A stretch of DNA of 64,000 bases, taken from positions 64,001 through 128,000 of the forward strand of contig CAVRAG010000008.1 of the NCBI GenBank assembly GCA_963718895.1, read 5' to 3'. Each line of letters starts with the position of its first letter. Position 1 is the stretch's first letter. Below the pieces are notes generated by a model, which had not been told where the DNA came from, did no database searches, and saw only the letters and a list, made by a program, of their open reading frames with translations. Below, one piece after another: positions 1-10,829 of this stretch. Source of the DNA: an uncultured Nitrososphaerota archaeon. GTDB taxonomy: Archaea > Thermoproteota > Nitrososphaeria > Nitrososphaerales > Gagatemarchaeaceae. Both the position numbers and the translations under genes were made by a program.

Positions 1-557
1 ACAGGGCAGACAAGATCCTGCTCTCGGGGCTCGTCGCGTTGGTCTTCCTCAAGTCCAAGGGCAAGTACAGGGGTTCGCTGCAGGTCGAGAACGAGCAGAA
101 GATGCTGGTCAAGGCCCGAACGCTCCTCGACGACCATCCCGGGAGCTTCGAGCTGCCCATCGACGTGGCGGTGAGGCTCGACGGGTCGAGAAAGGAGCTG
201 GACGTCTCGGAGGTGACCGAGAAGATGGCGGTCCTCGACGTCGGGAGCAAGACCGTGGACAGGTACTCGCGTTTCATCAAGGGAGCGGGGACCGTCTTCA
301 TGAGCGGCCCTCCTGGGGCGTTCGAGTACGAGGAGTTCGCCTTCGGCACCGAGATGCTCCTCAAGGCGATGGCGGACTCGTTCGGCACGACGATAGTCAG
401 CGGAGGGCACCTCACGGCCGCGCTTCACAGGTTCGGGGTCCACGACTCGATCGACCACGTCAGCACGGCGGGAGGGGCGCTGGTCCAGTACCTCGCGGGC
501 AAACGATTGCCTCTTATGGACGCGCTCGAGAGGGCAGCCGCGAAGTGGAGCGAATGA
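1..557 (+). CDS. pgk: phosphoglycerate kinase, C-terminal part (5' end outside window)
   Basis: Motifs LDVG, SGPPGAFE, GGHL, HVSTAGGA; stop overlaps the gap start (ATGA). Confidence 0.93.
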   Translation, partial: RADKILLSGLVALVFLKSKGKYRGSLQVENEQKMLVKARTLLDDHPGSFELPIDVAVRLDGSRKELDVSEVTEKMAVLDVGSKTVDRYSRFIKGAGTVFMSGPPGAFEYEEFAFGTEMLLKAMADSFGTTIVSGGHLTAALHRFGVHDSIDHVSTAGGALVQYLAGKRLPLMDALERAAAKWSE

Positions 558-1571
558 TCAGAGTTGGCATAAACGGCTACGGAACAATCGGAAGGCGAGT
601 AGCTGACGCTGTGGGGCTCCAGGAAGACATGGAACTCGTCGGCGTCACGAAGGCGAAGCCCGACTACAGGGCCACCATGGCGATCGAGAAGGGCATTCCC
701 GTCTACGTCGCCAACAGCGAGCACGGCGCGGCCTTCGACAAGGCGAAGGTCCCCTACGCGGGCGCCCTCGGCGACCTGCTCAAGCTGGTCGACGTAGTGA
801 TCGACGCGACGCCCGAGCTGGGAGCGGAGTACAAGCCCGTCTACGAGATGGCGGGTGTGAAGGCGCTCTTCCAGGGAGGAGAGGAGCACGAGCTGACCGG
901 GTCGTCCTTCGTCGCCCAGTGCAACTTCGATTCGGTGCGTGGGAGGAACATGACCCGCGTCGTGAGCTGCAACACGACGGGCCTGTGCAGGGTGCTTCAC
1001 GCGCTCGACGAGCAGTTCGGCATAGTCAAGGCGCGGGCGGTGCTGGTGCGGAGGGCCGCCGACCCGGACGAGATCTCAAAGGGACCGATCGACGCGATCG
1101 TCCCCGACCCGACCACCCTGCCGTCGCACCACGGCCCCGACGTCCAGACGGTCCTCAACGGGCTCAAGATAACGACGATGGCGGTCAAGGTCCCCGTCAC
1201 GCACATGCACCTGCACAGCCTGATGGTCACGCTCAAGAACCCCCCGACCAGGGAGCAGGCGGTACAGGCCCTGCGCGACGCTCCGAGGACCCTACTCGTC
1301 ACCGGCAAGTCGGGGTTCAAGTCGACCGCACAGGTCGTAGATTGGGCGAGGGAGAAGGGACGGCCCCGCAACGACGTCTACGAGGCGGTGGTCTGGTCCG
1401 ACTCGGTCTCGATGGTCGACGATGAGGTCTGCCTCTTCCTCGGCGTCCAGCAGGAGGCGATAGTGGTCCCCGAGAACGTCGACGCGGTGCGCGCGCTCGC
1501 CAGCGACGTCGCGGCCGCAGACTCGATCAGGACGACCGACCTCTCGATGGGGATAGCCCACCGCGGGCTAG
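554..1571 (+). CDS. gap: archaeal type II glyceraldehyde-3-phosphate dehydrogenase
   Basis: INGYGTIGRRVADA, catalytic VVSCNTTG, PSHHGPDV, ENVDAVRA. The ORF runs on to 1747, but removing one G from cgcgggctag restores TAG at 1569-1571 and the normal length. Confidence 0.93.
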
Positions 1572-2548
1572 AAGTGCCCTTCGATGGCCCGCGGCCTGTA
1601 GGGAGCCTCGAGCCTCTTCACCTCGTCCGCCGAGAGCTTGATCTCGAGCGCCGCGACGAGCTCCTCGAGCTGCGCGGGCCTGCTCGTCCCGATGATGGGC
1701 GAGACCACGCCAGGCTTGCTCAGTATCCACGCCAGGGCCACCTGTGAAGGCGTGGCGCCCTTCTCCTTCGCCACGTCCCTCAGCACGTCGAGGATGTCGA
1801 AGTCCTGGGGCTTGAAGAACCGCTCCTTCAGGAGCCTGTCGCCCTCGTACCTCCTGCCCACAGGCTTCTTGTTCCGGCGGTACTTGCCGCTGAGGAATCC
1901 CCGCGCCAGGGGGCTCCACGGGATTATGCCGACCCCGCGGCTCCTGCAGAGCGGGATCATCTCCCTCTCCTCCTCGCGGTAGGCCAGGTTGTAGTGGTCC
2001 TGCATCGAGACGAACCGCTCGAGCCCGAGCCTCTCGCTCATGTCGAGCGCCTCGGCGAACTGCCACGCCCACATGCTCGAGGCGCCGATGTAGTTCACGC
2101 TCCCGTCCCTGACCAGGTCGTTCAGCGACCGGAGGGTCTCCTCGATGGGCGATTCGTAGTCCCATCTGTGGATCTGGTAGAGGTCGATGTACTCGGTCCC
2201 CAGCCGCTCGAGCGAGCGCCTCGCCTCGTGCCTGATGTGCTTCCTCGAGAGCCCCTTGTCGTTCGGGCCGGGGCCCATGGGGTTGTAGACCTTGGTCGCT
2301 ATCACGAGGTCCTCCCTCCTCCCCTTGATGGCCCTTCCCAGGATCTCCTCGGACCTGCCTTCGGAGTACATGTCAGCCGTGTCGAAGAAGTTGATCCCGA
2401 GGTCGATGGCCCGGTCGATTATGGGCTTGGATTGACTGTAGTCGAGGGTCCAGGAGAAGTATCCTGACTTCATCCCCCCGAAGCTCATGCAGCCTATGCA
2501 GAGGCGAGAGACCTTGAGCCCGCTGCCGCCGAGTCTGACATAATCCAT
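1568..2548 (-). CDS. aldo/keto reductase
   Basis: GINFFDTADMYS, ATKV, IDLYQIHRWD, IPWSPLARG, QVALAW motifs. Confidence 0.93.
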   Translation of the reverse strand: MDYVRLGGSGLKVSRLCIGCMSFGGMKSGYFSWTLDYSQSKPIIDRAIDLGINFFDTADMYSEGRSEEILGRAIKGRREDLVIATKVYNPMGPGPNDKGLSRKHIRHEARRSLERLGTEYIDLYQIHRWDYESPIEETLRSLNDLVRDGSVNYIGASSMWAWQFAEALDMSERLGLERFVSMQDHYNLAYREEEREMIPLCRSRGVGIIPWSPLARGFLSGKYRRNKKPVGRRYEGDRLLKERFFKPQDFDILDVLRDVAKEKGATPSQVALAWILSKPGVVSPIIGTSRPAQLEELVAALEIKLSADEVKRLEAPYRPRAIEGHF

Positions 2549-2619
2549 GACGGCGCCCTCCCTGCAGCGGCGACCTAATCAGAGTTGCGCCGGCGCTTCG
2601 ACGTGCCGAATGCTGGCAA

Positions 2620-3432
2620 TCAGGGTCTGATATCGACTCGGGCGATCGTCCGCCTTCTCACAAGGGCGAGTGCCAGCAGCCCGGCCGCCGCGACAAGCGG
2701 TAGCGCAAGCCCGAACTGGGGCACTGAGGAGGTCGGAGGTGCGTTGGACCCAATCTGGGCGGGCGTGAATGCCGTCGTCGGTATGATCGCCATGTTGGCG
2801 GGCGAGCCGGTCGACCAGGCCAGGTCGATTCCGGACTGCGAGTCGCAGGTCTCAAAGTAGTCGACCTCGATTGCGTAGTTGCCAGAGGAGGCAACCGTGA
2901 CTGCGCCCGACGTCGCAGAGGTCGGAGCGTGGACTCCGCCATCGTCTACCACAAGGTTAGCCGCGGAGATGGTCGAACTCCCCGGCGTCGTGTTGATGTA
3001 GAGCCAGGAGCCGTCGTCGCTGGTCAGCTGGAAGTAGTACGTCGTGCCGGCAACCAGGAAGATGTACCCGGTCCACTCGGTGCTGAACTCCGTGTTAAGG
3101 AACGAGGTGCTGCCCACGGTGAATCCGGTCCCAGTCCCAGGTCCCGAGGCCGTGGTGCTCTCAACCCAGTAGAAGCCCGTGGAAGCGCCGTGGGCCACGT
3201 TGGGGTCGATCTCTGTGGCGGTCGGCGGTGCAGCGGAAGGAGTCCCGGCAGGGGGCGATGTCTCTGTCGTGCAGGTGGGCCAAGCCGCCATCGGGCTTCC
3301 GAAGAAAGTGCCCTTCCAGAACGCGGCGTACAGCCCGGTTGTGGGCGGTGCTGCGACCGGAAGCACAGCAAGAGCAGGCGTAGCGAAGAGGATCGAGATT
3401 GCAACCGCCGTGAGCATTGTCTTTCGGTTCAT
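2620..3432 (-). CDS. secreted PA14-domain surface protein with PEFG-CTERM-like (VPQFG) sorting signal
   Basis: Signal peptide; PA14 motifs FSTEWTGYI, FQLTSDDGSWLYI, IEVDYFE; C-terminal VPQFG + TM + RRR. Confidence 0.75.
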   Translation of the reverse strand: MNRKTMLTAVAISILFATPALAVLPVAAPPTTGLYAAFWKGTFFGSPMAAWPTCTTETSPPAGTPSAAPPTATEIDPNVAHGASTGFYWVESTTASGPGTGTGFTVGSTSFLNTEFSTEWTGYIFLVAGTTYYFQLTSDDGSWLYINTTPGSSTISAANLVVDDGGVHAPTSATSGAVTVASSGNYAIEVDYFETCDSQSGIDLAWSTGSPANMAIIPTTAFTPAQIGSNAPPTSSVPQFGLALPLVAAAGLLALALVRRRTIARVDIRP

Positions 3433-3561
3433 AGGACGTACAGCGACACGGCTCTGTGTTAATAAGCTTCATGAAGTGCAGAGAAAGGCGGATGAATCTG
3501 AAATTCATGCATGAATGGTCGGGCTGGGACCATAACTTGGACACGCGCCCGATGGTCTGAG

Positions 3562-4773
3562 TTAGACCCTTGCAGCTGCCTCGGCTGCGCTCCTAAGCAC
3601 GTACCTCGGCGTCTTGAAGTCCTTGATGAGCGACTTCACCCTCTTCTTGACGACGTCCGAGGGCTTCTTGCCGTGGACCACGATCCCGATGAGCTCGCCT
3701 ATCTCCTCCATCTGGGCGGGGCCCATCCCCATCCGCGTCACCTCGTTGGTCCCTATCCTGCAGAGGTTGTCGATGATGATGTTGGACTCCTCGAGGCGCT
3801 TGGCGATGAACCCGCTCTTGGTCTTGTCGTAGCCGAGCAGGACCTGGTGCGACTTTGAGTACCCGTGGGAAGCGCCCCTGACGCTGACCTCGTGCTCCTG
3901 CAGGGACTTGCCGAGCGCCTGCGAGTTCTTGATGACCGCCTGGGCGTAGCTCTTCCCGAACTGAAGGAGCTCTGTCAGCGTGAGCGCGAGCGATGCCACC
4001 CTGTTCCAGTGGATGTTGTCGACAATCATAGGGTAGAGGTCCGCGGCCACCCTCTTGAAGACCTCCTCGTTGTTCCCGAGGATGATGCCGCCCTGGGGCC
4101 CCGGGAAGGTCTTGTGCGTCGAACCCATCAGCAGGGAGCAGCCCTCCCTGAGGGGGTCCTGGAACTCCCCGCCGGCGAGGAGGCCCATGACGTGGGACCC
4201 GTCGTAGACGCAGAGGGCTTCCTCCGCCGACCCGCATATCTCCTTGACCGGGTGTGGAAACGGTATGAAACTGGACCCGAAGATTATCAGGTTGGGCCTC
4301 TCGGCCTCGAGGAGCTTCTTCGTCTCCTTGGCGTCGATGTTCACGGCGTCCTTGTCGTAGGGGAAGTAGATGTCCTTCAGGCCGAAGAGCCTTCCAAGGC
4401 TGTCCTGGGTGAACCCCTGGTATCCGCCGTCGCTGGGGTTGACCGAGAGTATCTTGTCCCCTCGCTTGGTGAGGCCCTGGAGCACCGCCATGTCCGCGAT
4501 GTGGCCGGAGAGAGGGCGGACGTCCGCGAACCTCGCGTTGAAGACCTTCCTCGCCACCTCCTCTGCGAGAGCCTGGACCTCGTCGGTGAACCTCGAGCCG
4601 CGGTAGAACTTGTCCGAAGCCGTGTACCTGTTGCAGAAGTCGGTCGTGAGCATCCTCCTCGCCTCGGGGCTGGCGAAGTTCTCCGAGGCGATCAGGTTGA
4701 GGCACTCGGTGTTCCGCCACTGCTCGTGGAGGGTGACGGCGTTTTCGAGCCTCTCAAGATAGTGATAAGACAA
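3562..4773 (-). CDS. glyA: serine hydroxymethyltransferase (archaeal type)
   Basis: LNLIASENF, YDGSHV, STHKTFPGPQGG (PLP Lys), RIGTNEVTR; probable TTG start at 4773. Confidence 0.93.
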   Translation of the reverse strand: MSYHYLERLENAVTLHEQWRNTECLNLIASENFASPEARRMLTTDFCNRYTASDKFYRGSRFTDEVQALAEEVARKVFNARFADVRPLSGHIADMAVLQGLTKRGDKILSVNPSDGGYQGFTQDSLGRLFGLKDIYFPYDKDAVNIDAKETKKLLEAERPNLIIFGSSFIPFPHPVKEICGSAEEALCVYDGSHVMGLLAGGEFQDPLREGCSLLMGSTHKTFPGPQGGIILGNNEEVFKRVAADLYPMIVDNIHWNRVASLALTLTELLQFGKSYAQAVIKNSQALGKSLQEHEVSVRGASHGYSKSHQVLLGYDKTKSGFIAKRLEESNIIIDNLCRIGTNEVTRMGMGPAQMEEIGELIGIVVHGKKPSDVVKKRVKSLIKDFKTPRYVLRSAAEAAARV

Positions 4774-4861
4774 GTTTTTGCGCTGTGGCCGCCAGAACAT
4801 CGTTATTTAAGATTGGGATTGCCGGAGCACGGCGAAAACTGCCCGAATTCCAAAGCCTCAA

Positions 4862-5901
4862 ATGGCGGAGCGGCCGCCGGTCCCCTGTGAGGCTGGTCCT
4901 TGCGGGCTTCGGGGTCGTCGGACAGAGCTTTGCGGAGCTGCTCGCGCTCAAGCAGAGGGAGCTCGCCAGCGCCTACGGGCTCGTACCGAGGGTCGTCGCC
5001 ATAGTCGACAGCACCGGCTCCGTCACCGACGAGCGCGGCCTGGACGTCAGGAAGATGATAAGGTCAAAGAGGCGACGTGGCTCGGTCCGGACCCGCGGCG
5101 ACGGGAGGACGACCGCCGAGATAATCAAGCAGACGGAGGCGGACGTCATGGTCGAGACGACGCCCACCGACTTCAGGACGGGGGAACCGGGCCTCGGGCA
5201 CATCAGGGCGGCGTTCATCTCGAAGAAGAGCGTCATCACGTGCAACAAGGGGCCGCTGGGGGTCGCGTTCCACGCCCTGGCAGAGCTCGCGAGCCACAAC
5301 TCGGTGCAGTTCAGGTACAGCGGCGCCGTGGGGGGCGGGACGCCCATCCTGGACTTCGGGAGGACCTGCTCGATCGGGGACGAGATAACGAGGGTCACCG
5401 GGATACTCAACGGGACCTGCAACTTCATCCTGACCAAGATGGAGCAGGGCCACCTGAGCTTCGCGAGACGCCCTGGCCCTGGCGCAGAAGGAGGGGTACG
5501 CGGAGACGGACCCCTCGCTCGACATAAACGGGTTCGACACTGCCGTAAAGCTCGTGATCATCGCGAACCACCTGAGCCTGAGCAGGGGCACCATCAGGGA
5601 CGTCGCCGTGAAGGGGATTGCGGATATCTCGCCCGGGGAGGTAGCCCGCGCGGCCTCGAAAGGCAGGGCTCTGAGGCTCATCGCGACCGCGGGCGAGAGG
5701 CTCTCGGTCGCCCCCGCCATGATAGCCAGGGACGACCCCCTCTGCATCAGCGGCCCCCTCAACGCCGTCAAGTTCCACTGCCGGTATTCCGGGCCAAAGG
5801 TGATCGTCGGGAAGGGCGCCGGCGGGCCCGAGACTGCGTCCTCTCTCCTCAGAGACCTGATTGAAATACGCGGCTCGATGGGCGGGGGGCGTACGCCATG
5901 A
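4862..5901 (+). CDS. hom: homoserine dehydrogenase (frameshift near 5466; start uncertain, 4862 or 4887)
   Basis: GFGVVG, CNKGP, AVGGGTP, GILNGTCNFIL; continues in the other frame as AQKEGYAETDP...GKGAGGPETAS. Confidence 0.9.
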
Positions 5902-7344
5902 AGATCGTGATGAAGTTCGGCGGGACTTCGGTCGCCGACGGGAAGAGGATAAGGCACGTGGCGGCCCTGGCCGGACGGTTCTCGCCTGGGAACCAGCTGG
6001 TCGTCGTCTGCTCGGCCATGGGGGACGTGACGGACCAGCTCGTCGCGCTCACCGAGGAGGCCAGGAGCGGGGCTGAGAAGGCGGTCGAGGCCAGGCTCGT
6101 AGCGATCAGGGAGAGCCACGCAGCGGCGCTGAAGGAGGCGGTGAAGTCGCCCGAGATCGCGACGAAGGTCAGGCGTAGAATGGCCGAGACTCTCAACCAG
6201 CTGGAGCAGCTTGCCCGCGGGTCGACGATCCTCAGGGAGCTCACCCCGAGGTCGAGGGACGGGATACTCTCCTGCGGGAGAGAGGCTCTCGAACCCCATA
6301 GTCTGGGGCGCGCTCCTCGAGCAGGGGCTGGACTCGGTCTACCTGACGGGGGGCGAGGCCGGGATAATGACCGACGACAACTTCGGCGACGCCGCGCCCC
6401 TGATGGAGGTGACGGGCTACCAGGTCAAGGAGACCCTGGGCCAGGTCTTGGCCGAAGGGAAGGTCCCGGTCGTGACCGGCTACATCGGCGCGACCCAGGG
6501 GGGCGAGACCACGACGTTCGGCCGCGGGGGCTCGGACCTCACGGCCACGGTGATCGCTTCCTCCATCGGCGCCGACGAGGTGTGGATCTGGACCGACGTC
6601 GACGGCCTCATGACCGCAGACCCAAAGACCGTGCCCGAGGCGCGGGTCCTGACCGAGGTCTCGTACGCCGAGGCAGGCGAGATGGCCGTCTTCGGCGCCA
6701 AGGCGCTTCACCCCCGCACCCTCGAGCCTGTCGCCGAGAAGGGGATACCCGTCCGATTCAGGAACACGTTCAAGCCCGACCACCCCGGGACCGTGGTAAA
6801 GCGCGACCCGAGGGCCTACGCGAAGAACATAGTGAAGTCGGTCGCGCTGGTCAAGGGGGTCGCGATCATCACGTTGACCGGGGCGAGCATGGTGGGCCGC
6901 CCGGGGAGCGCGGCGAGGATCTTCGAAGTGGTGGCCAGGAGCGGTACCAACATCCTGATGATCTCGCAGAGCGTCTCGGAGTCGAACATCAGCATGGTCG
7001 TGAACCGCCCGTCCATGCAGAGGGCGGTGAACGCGCTGGAGCTCATGATGCTGGGGCCGGGAGGGCTCAGGCAGGTCAACTACGAGGACGACGTCAGCGC
7101 GGTCGCGGTCGTCGGCGGCGGGATGAGGGGCGCCAGGGGGATAGCGGCCAAGGTCTTCGGCGCCGTCGCCTCGAGCGGGATCAACGTGAGGATGATCGCC
7201 CAGGGCTCCTCCGAGCAGAACATATCGTTCGTCGTCCATGAGGCCGACGCCAAGGAGGCGGTAAGGGCGGTCCACAGGGCGTTCCGGCTGGACAGGCTAA
7301 ATAGTGGAAAGCTCGCTCCGTCGAAGCCGCAGAGCAACGATTGA
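5898..7344 (+). CDS. lysC: aspartate kinase (frameshift near 6275)
   Basis: MKFGGTSV, VVCSAMG; second frame has GERLS, FGRGGSDLTA, WTDVDG and two ACT domains. Confidence 0.92.
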
Positions 7345-9150
7345 AGATTCACTACACCGTCTCGATGGGTCAGCCCGCGACGCACTACTTCCGGGTGGCC
7401 ATGAGGCTAGAGGGGCTGAGGGGCGCGCTCCCGAGCGACCTCCTCAGGCTCGCCATGCCGGTCTGGACTCCGGGTTCCTACTCGGTCAGGGACTTCTCGA
7501 GGAACGTCCTCGACCTCGAGGCGGTCGACGCCTCGGGCAAGAGGCTGCAGGTGGAGAGGGACGCCAAGGACAGCTGGGTCGTCTCGCTCGCGGGTTCGGA
7601 CGCGCTCGAAGTCACCTACCGGGTCTACGCCTTCAGGCACGACACGAGCCAGAGCTATCTCGACTCGGACCACGCGATAATCAACGGCGCGAGCGTGTTT
7701 CTTTACGTCGACGGCGAGCAGAGCCACCCGCTCACCCTTGAGGTCGTCCCCCACGAAGGCTGGTCGGTCGTCGCCACGGGGTTGGAGCCCCTGGTTCCCG
7801 GCGGCTGGACGTTCGCCGCCCCGAACTACGACGTCCTGGTCGACTCGCCGGTCGAGGTCGGCGCACAGCTCGTCCACTCGTTCGAGGTGCGGGGCGTGAC
7901 GCATCAGGTCTCGATATTCGCGGCGAAGCCCATCGATGAAGCGACGTTCGTGGCCGACATCAAGAGAATCGTCGAGCACACCATCCCCATCTTCGGTGAG
8001 GTCCCGTACTCCAGGTACGTCTTCCTGGTCGACTTCACCGACCAGGGGTACGGCGGGCTCGAGCACCTGAACAGCACCCACTGCATAGCAGGGTACCTCA
8101 TGATGGAGCCCCCCTCGGAGTACAGGCGGCTCCTCGCGCTCTTCAGCCACGAGTTCTTCCACACTTGGAACGTGAAGCGGATGAGGCCCGTCGCTCTCGG
8201 ACCGTTCGACTACTCGCGAGAGAACTACACGAAGTCGCTCTGGATATCCGAGGGCATCACCAGCTACTTCGAGAACGTCATCCTCAGGAGGGCCGAGATC
8301 GTCACGGCCCCCGAGTACCTCGACTTCATCTGCGATGACATCAGCGAGGTCAAGTCCCTTCCGTCGAGCCGGTCGCAGACCCCCGAAGAGTCGAGCTTCG
8401 ACACCTGGATCAAGCTGTACAGAGAAGACGAGAACTCGCCGAACGTCTCACCCTCGTACTACCGGCAGGGCGCCGTCCTCGGCACGCTGCTCGACCTGGA
8501 GATCAGGAGGTCTACTGGGGGCGCGAAGGCGCTCGACGACGTGATGCGCAGGGTGTACTCCGAGACGTACAAGGCAGGGAGGGGGTTCACCGACGACGAG
8601 TTCGAGCGAGCGTGCACGGAGGTCTCCGGAGGGGCCGCCGAAGAGATCTTCAAGCGATACGTCAGGGGGAGGGAGGAGTTCGATCTCGACCGTTATCTGG
8701 GGTACGCGGGGCTCAGGCTCCTCCCCAAGTCCGCTCCCTGCGTTCCCGAAGGGTTCCTGGGGATCAGGATGAAGCCGGGGCAGGGGCTCACGGTCCAGAA
8801 CAGGCTCTTTGGGACCCCTGCAGAACTCGCCGACATCTCCGCAGGAGACGAGATAATCGCGCTCGACGGACTGAGGATGGACGGGCAGAGGCTGCCCTTC
8901 TACATCTCAACCAAGAAGCCGGGGACCGAGGTGGAGGTCCTGTCTTCGAGGGAGGGGATCGATCCGGCACACGAAGGCCCGAGTCGCGGAGAAACGGCCG
9001 CTCGAGTTCAGGGCGCAGAAGAAGGAGGGCGCAGGAGCCGAGGAGAGGCAGCTCTTCCGCTCGTGGACGCTCTCAGACTGGGACGCGCCCCTGCAGTACG
9101 AGGACCACAAAGTGTCGCCGGGCCGCTCTAGGCGGCTGGACTACTTCTGA
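7341..9150 (+). CDS. M61 family glycyl aminopeptidase with PDZ domain (frameshift near 8960)
   Basis: MPVWTPGSY, GGLEH, HEFFHTWN zinc motif, LWISEG, PDZ motif GDEIIALDG; the corrected frame ends at TGA 9150. Confidence 0.9.
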
Positions 9151-9155
9151 GCCGC

Positions 9156-9554
9156 TCAGGGACCGTCGGCCGGAAGCGTGTCCTTGATGAAGTCCCGGCG
9201 GATCGGAGTGAAGAACTCGACTAGCGTCGTGTCGGCTCCCGCGTCGATCTTGAGTCCGTGCGTGACGGAAGGGGGGATATAGTAGGAGTCCCCTTTCTTC
9301 ATCTTCCACGATTTCTCTCCCACCCTGAAGACCCCGCTCCCCTCGAGGCAGACTCCGTACTGCGCCTGGGGATGAGAGTGCAGAGGCACTTCGGAACCGC
9401 CATTGAGCTTGTACAGGGCTGCGGTCGCCCCGGAGTTGTTGACGAGGATCCTTCTCCGGACCCCCGGCATGAAGTCGTGCCATGACTCGGTCTTGTCGCT
9501 CCAGAATCCCGCCGCGTTGTAATCGTTTTCAGTCCCTTTCGTTGTGTTGGACAA
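9156..9554 (-). CDS. cupin domain protein
   Basis: PLHSHPQAQ...GDSYYIPPSVTHG...FTPIR cupin_2 motifs. Confidence 0.85.
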   Translation of the reverse strand: MSNTTKGTENDYNAAGFWSDKTESWHDFMPGVRRRILVNNSGATAALYKLNGGSEVPLHSHPQAQYGVCLEGSGVFRVGEKSWKMKKGDSYYIPPSVTHGLKIDAGADTTLVEFFTPIRRDFIKDTLPADGP

Positions 9555-9716
9555 TCGCGGACTGCGACTTTGGCTCAGCCTATATAAATTTCAGGCCGAG
9601 AAAGTGAGGGGGAGGCTCGGCGGCAGAGGCCGTCGGGACAGGGCCCATACCTCACGGTGGGCGATAATCGTAAAGAAGAAGCACTATCGGACCGCGTGGG
9701 TTAGACGAGTCGTCCT

Positions 9717-10034
9717 CTAGTGGCTTGCCTTTGATACGATTTCGGATGAGATCTCGTCGCGGGTCTTTCCCTCGGTGGAGATACCCAGCCGCTTTGCCGT
9801 GTCTATGAGGGTATCGCCTGTGCCGGGAATTGCGGGAGCAGACGCGACCGCTGGCGCAGGAGCGCCCGCCACGAGGGGGACGTCGCCAGACGCAACCTTG
9901 GATGCGTCGTTGAACTCCTTTCTCGCTAGGCCAATCGACTTTGCCAGTTCTGGAATCTTCTTCGGACCGTACATCAGGAAGACGATTGCCACAACTGCGA
10001 TCACTACCCATTGCAGTGGATCAGTTAGTGCCAT
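9717..10034 (-). CDS. tatA: twin-arginine translocase subunit TatA
   Basis: TM helix followed by YGPKKIPELAKSIGLARKEF; archaeal tail AKRLGISTEGKT. Confidence 0.9.
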   Translation of the reverse strand: MALTDPLQWVVIAVVAIVFLMYGPKKIPELAKSIGLARKEFNDASKVASGDVPLVAGAPAPAVASAPAIPGTGDTLIDTAKRLGISTEGKTRDEISSEIVSKASH

Positions 10035-10211
10035 GCTTGAAACGGCGTTGCGAGGAGTTATTTAAGCGTTAGCGGGTCCGATGGGACCTGTGCTAAGTTG
10101 ACGGGTGATAAACAAAGGTGTTAAGCATTGGGCGATGAGAAAACGACAACTGACCACAAGCATGGACATATCCATGTACAATCGTCGCTGGTCAAGAGAT
10201 GACCGAGCACA

Positions 10212-10715
10212 TTGAGTAAGTCTCAACCTATTCTCGTTGCGCTTCTCACATCTTCGATCACATTTCTCCAAGGTGCTTACGTTTGGGTAATCACAGACAA
10301 TCCCATACTTGACATGTTCTACGGTGAACATGGGATAAATGGCATTGCAATTGCGTTAAGGGACGCTACCATCTCAATGACATGGCTTCCAAGTATGTCA
10401 AGGTTCCTCGACTATGTTTGTATGACAGTGCTGATTGTGGTATTTTCATCCGTGTATCTTCTCTCAAAAGGTTCGAGGCTTTTGGCTCTCCTCAATTCAT
10501 TCGCAGTATCAACATTCTTGTTGGTCGAACTTTCACTACTCGTGTACTTTTTCGATAACACCGACTTCTACGTTCACTTCACAGACTCCTCTCCGCAATG
10601 GTTCACCAATGAATTCGTCTTGGTGGTGTGCGGCGCTGCGCTCATGGTGTCTGTCTCTTTTGAGTTCTATGTTCGCAGAGTCAATCCTGAAATCTTGCGG
10701 AGGTTTTCAAGATGA
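10212..10715 (+). CDS. hypothetical membrane protein (AT-rich, ~4 TM)
   Basis: 167-aa ORF with four hydrophobic stretches, in a locally low-GC patch. Confidence 0.55.
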   Translation: MSKSQPILVALLTSSITFLQGAYVWVITDNPILDMFYGEHGINGIAIALRDATISMTWLPSMSRFLDYVCMTVLIVVFSSVYLLSKGSRLLALLNSFAVSTFLLVELSLLVYFFDNTDFYVHFTDSSPQWFTNEFVLVVCGAALMVSVSFEFYVRRVNPEILRRFSR

Positions 10716-10829
10716 GGTGCACCACCCGAAGGTCAACAGGCCTTGCCATCCCCCAGACACCTAACAGGACCTCCGAGGGACAGGGAAGTGGCGCGGCGCC
10801 GCGACCGGCTCCGAAAGCTGACCCTCCAC

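Noticed and set aside
545-1747. GAPDH with a 60-aa C-terminal extension overlapping the aldo/keto reductase
   Set aside because: One extra G in a G-run removes the stop at the expected position; the extension is just the antisense of the neighbour.
5460-6280. Programmed frameshifting or pseudogenisation in hom, lysC and others
   Set aside because: No slippery heptamers, both halves intact, and the same +1 pattern recurs in unrelated genes, which fits an assembly artefact.
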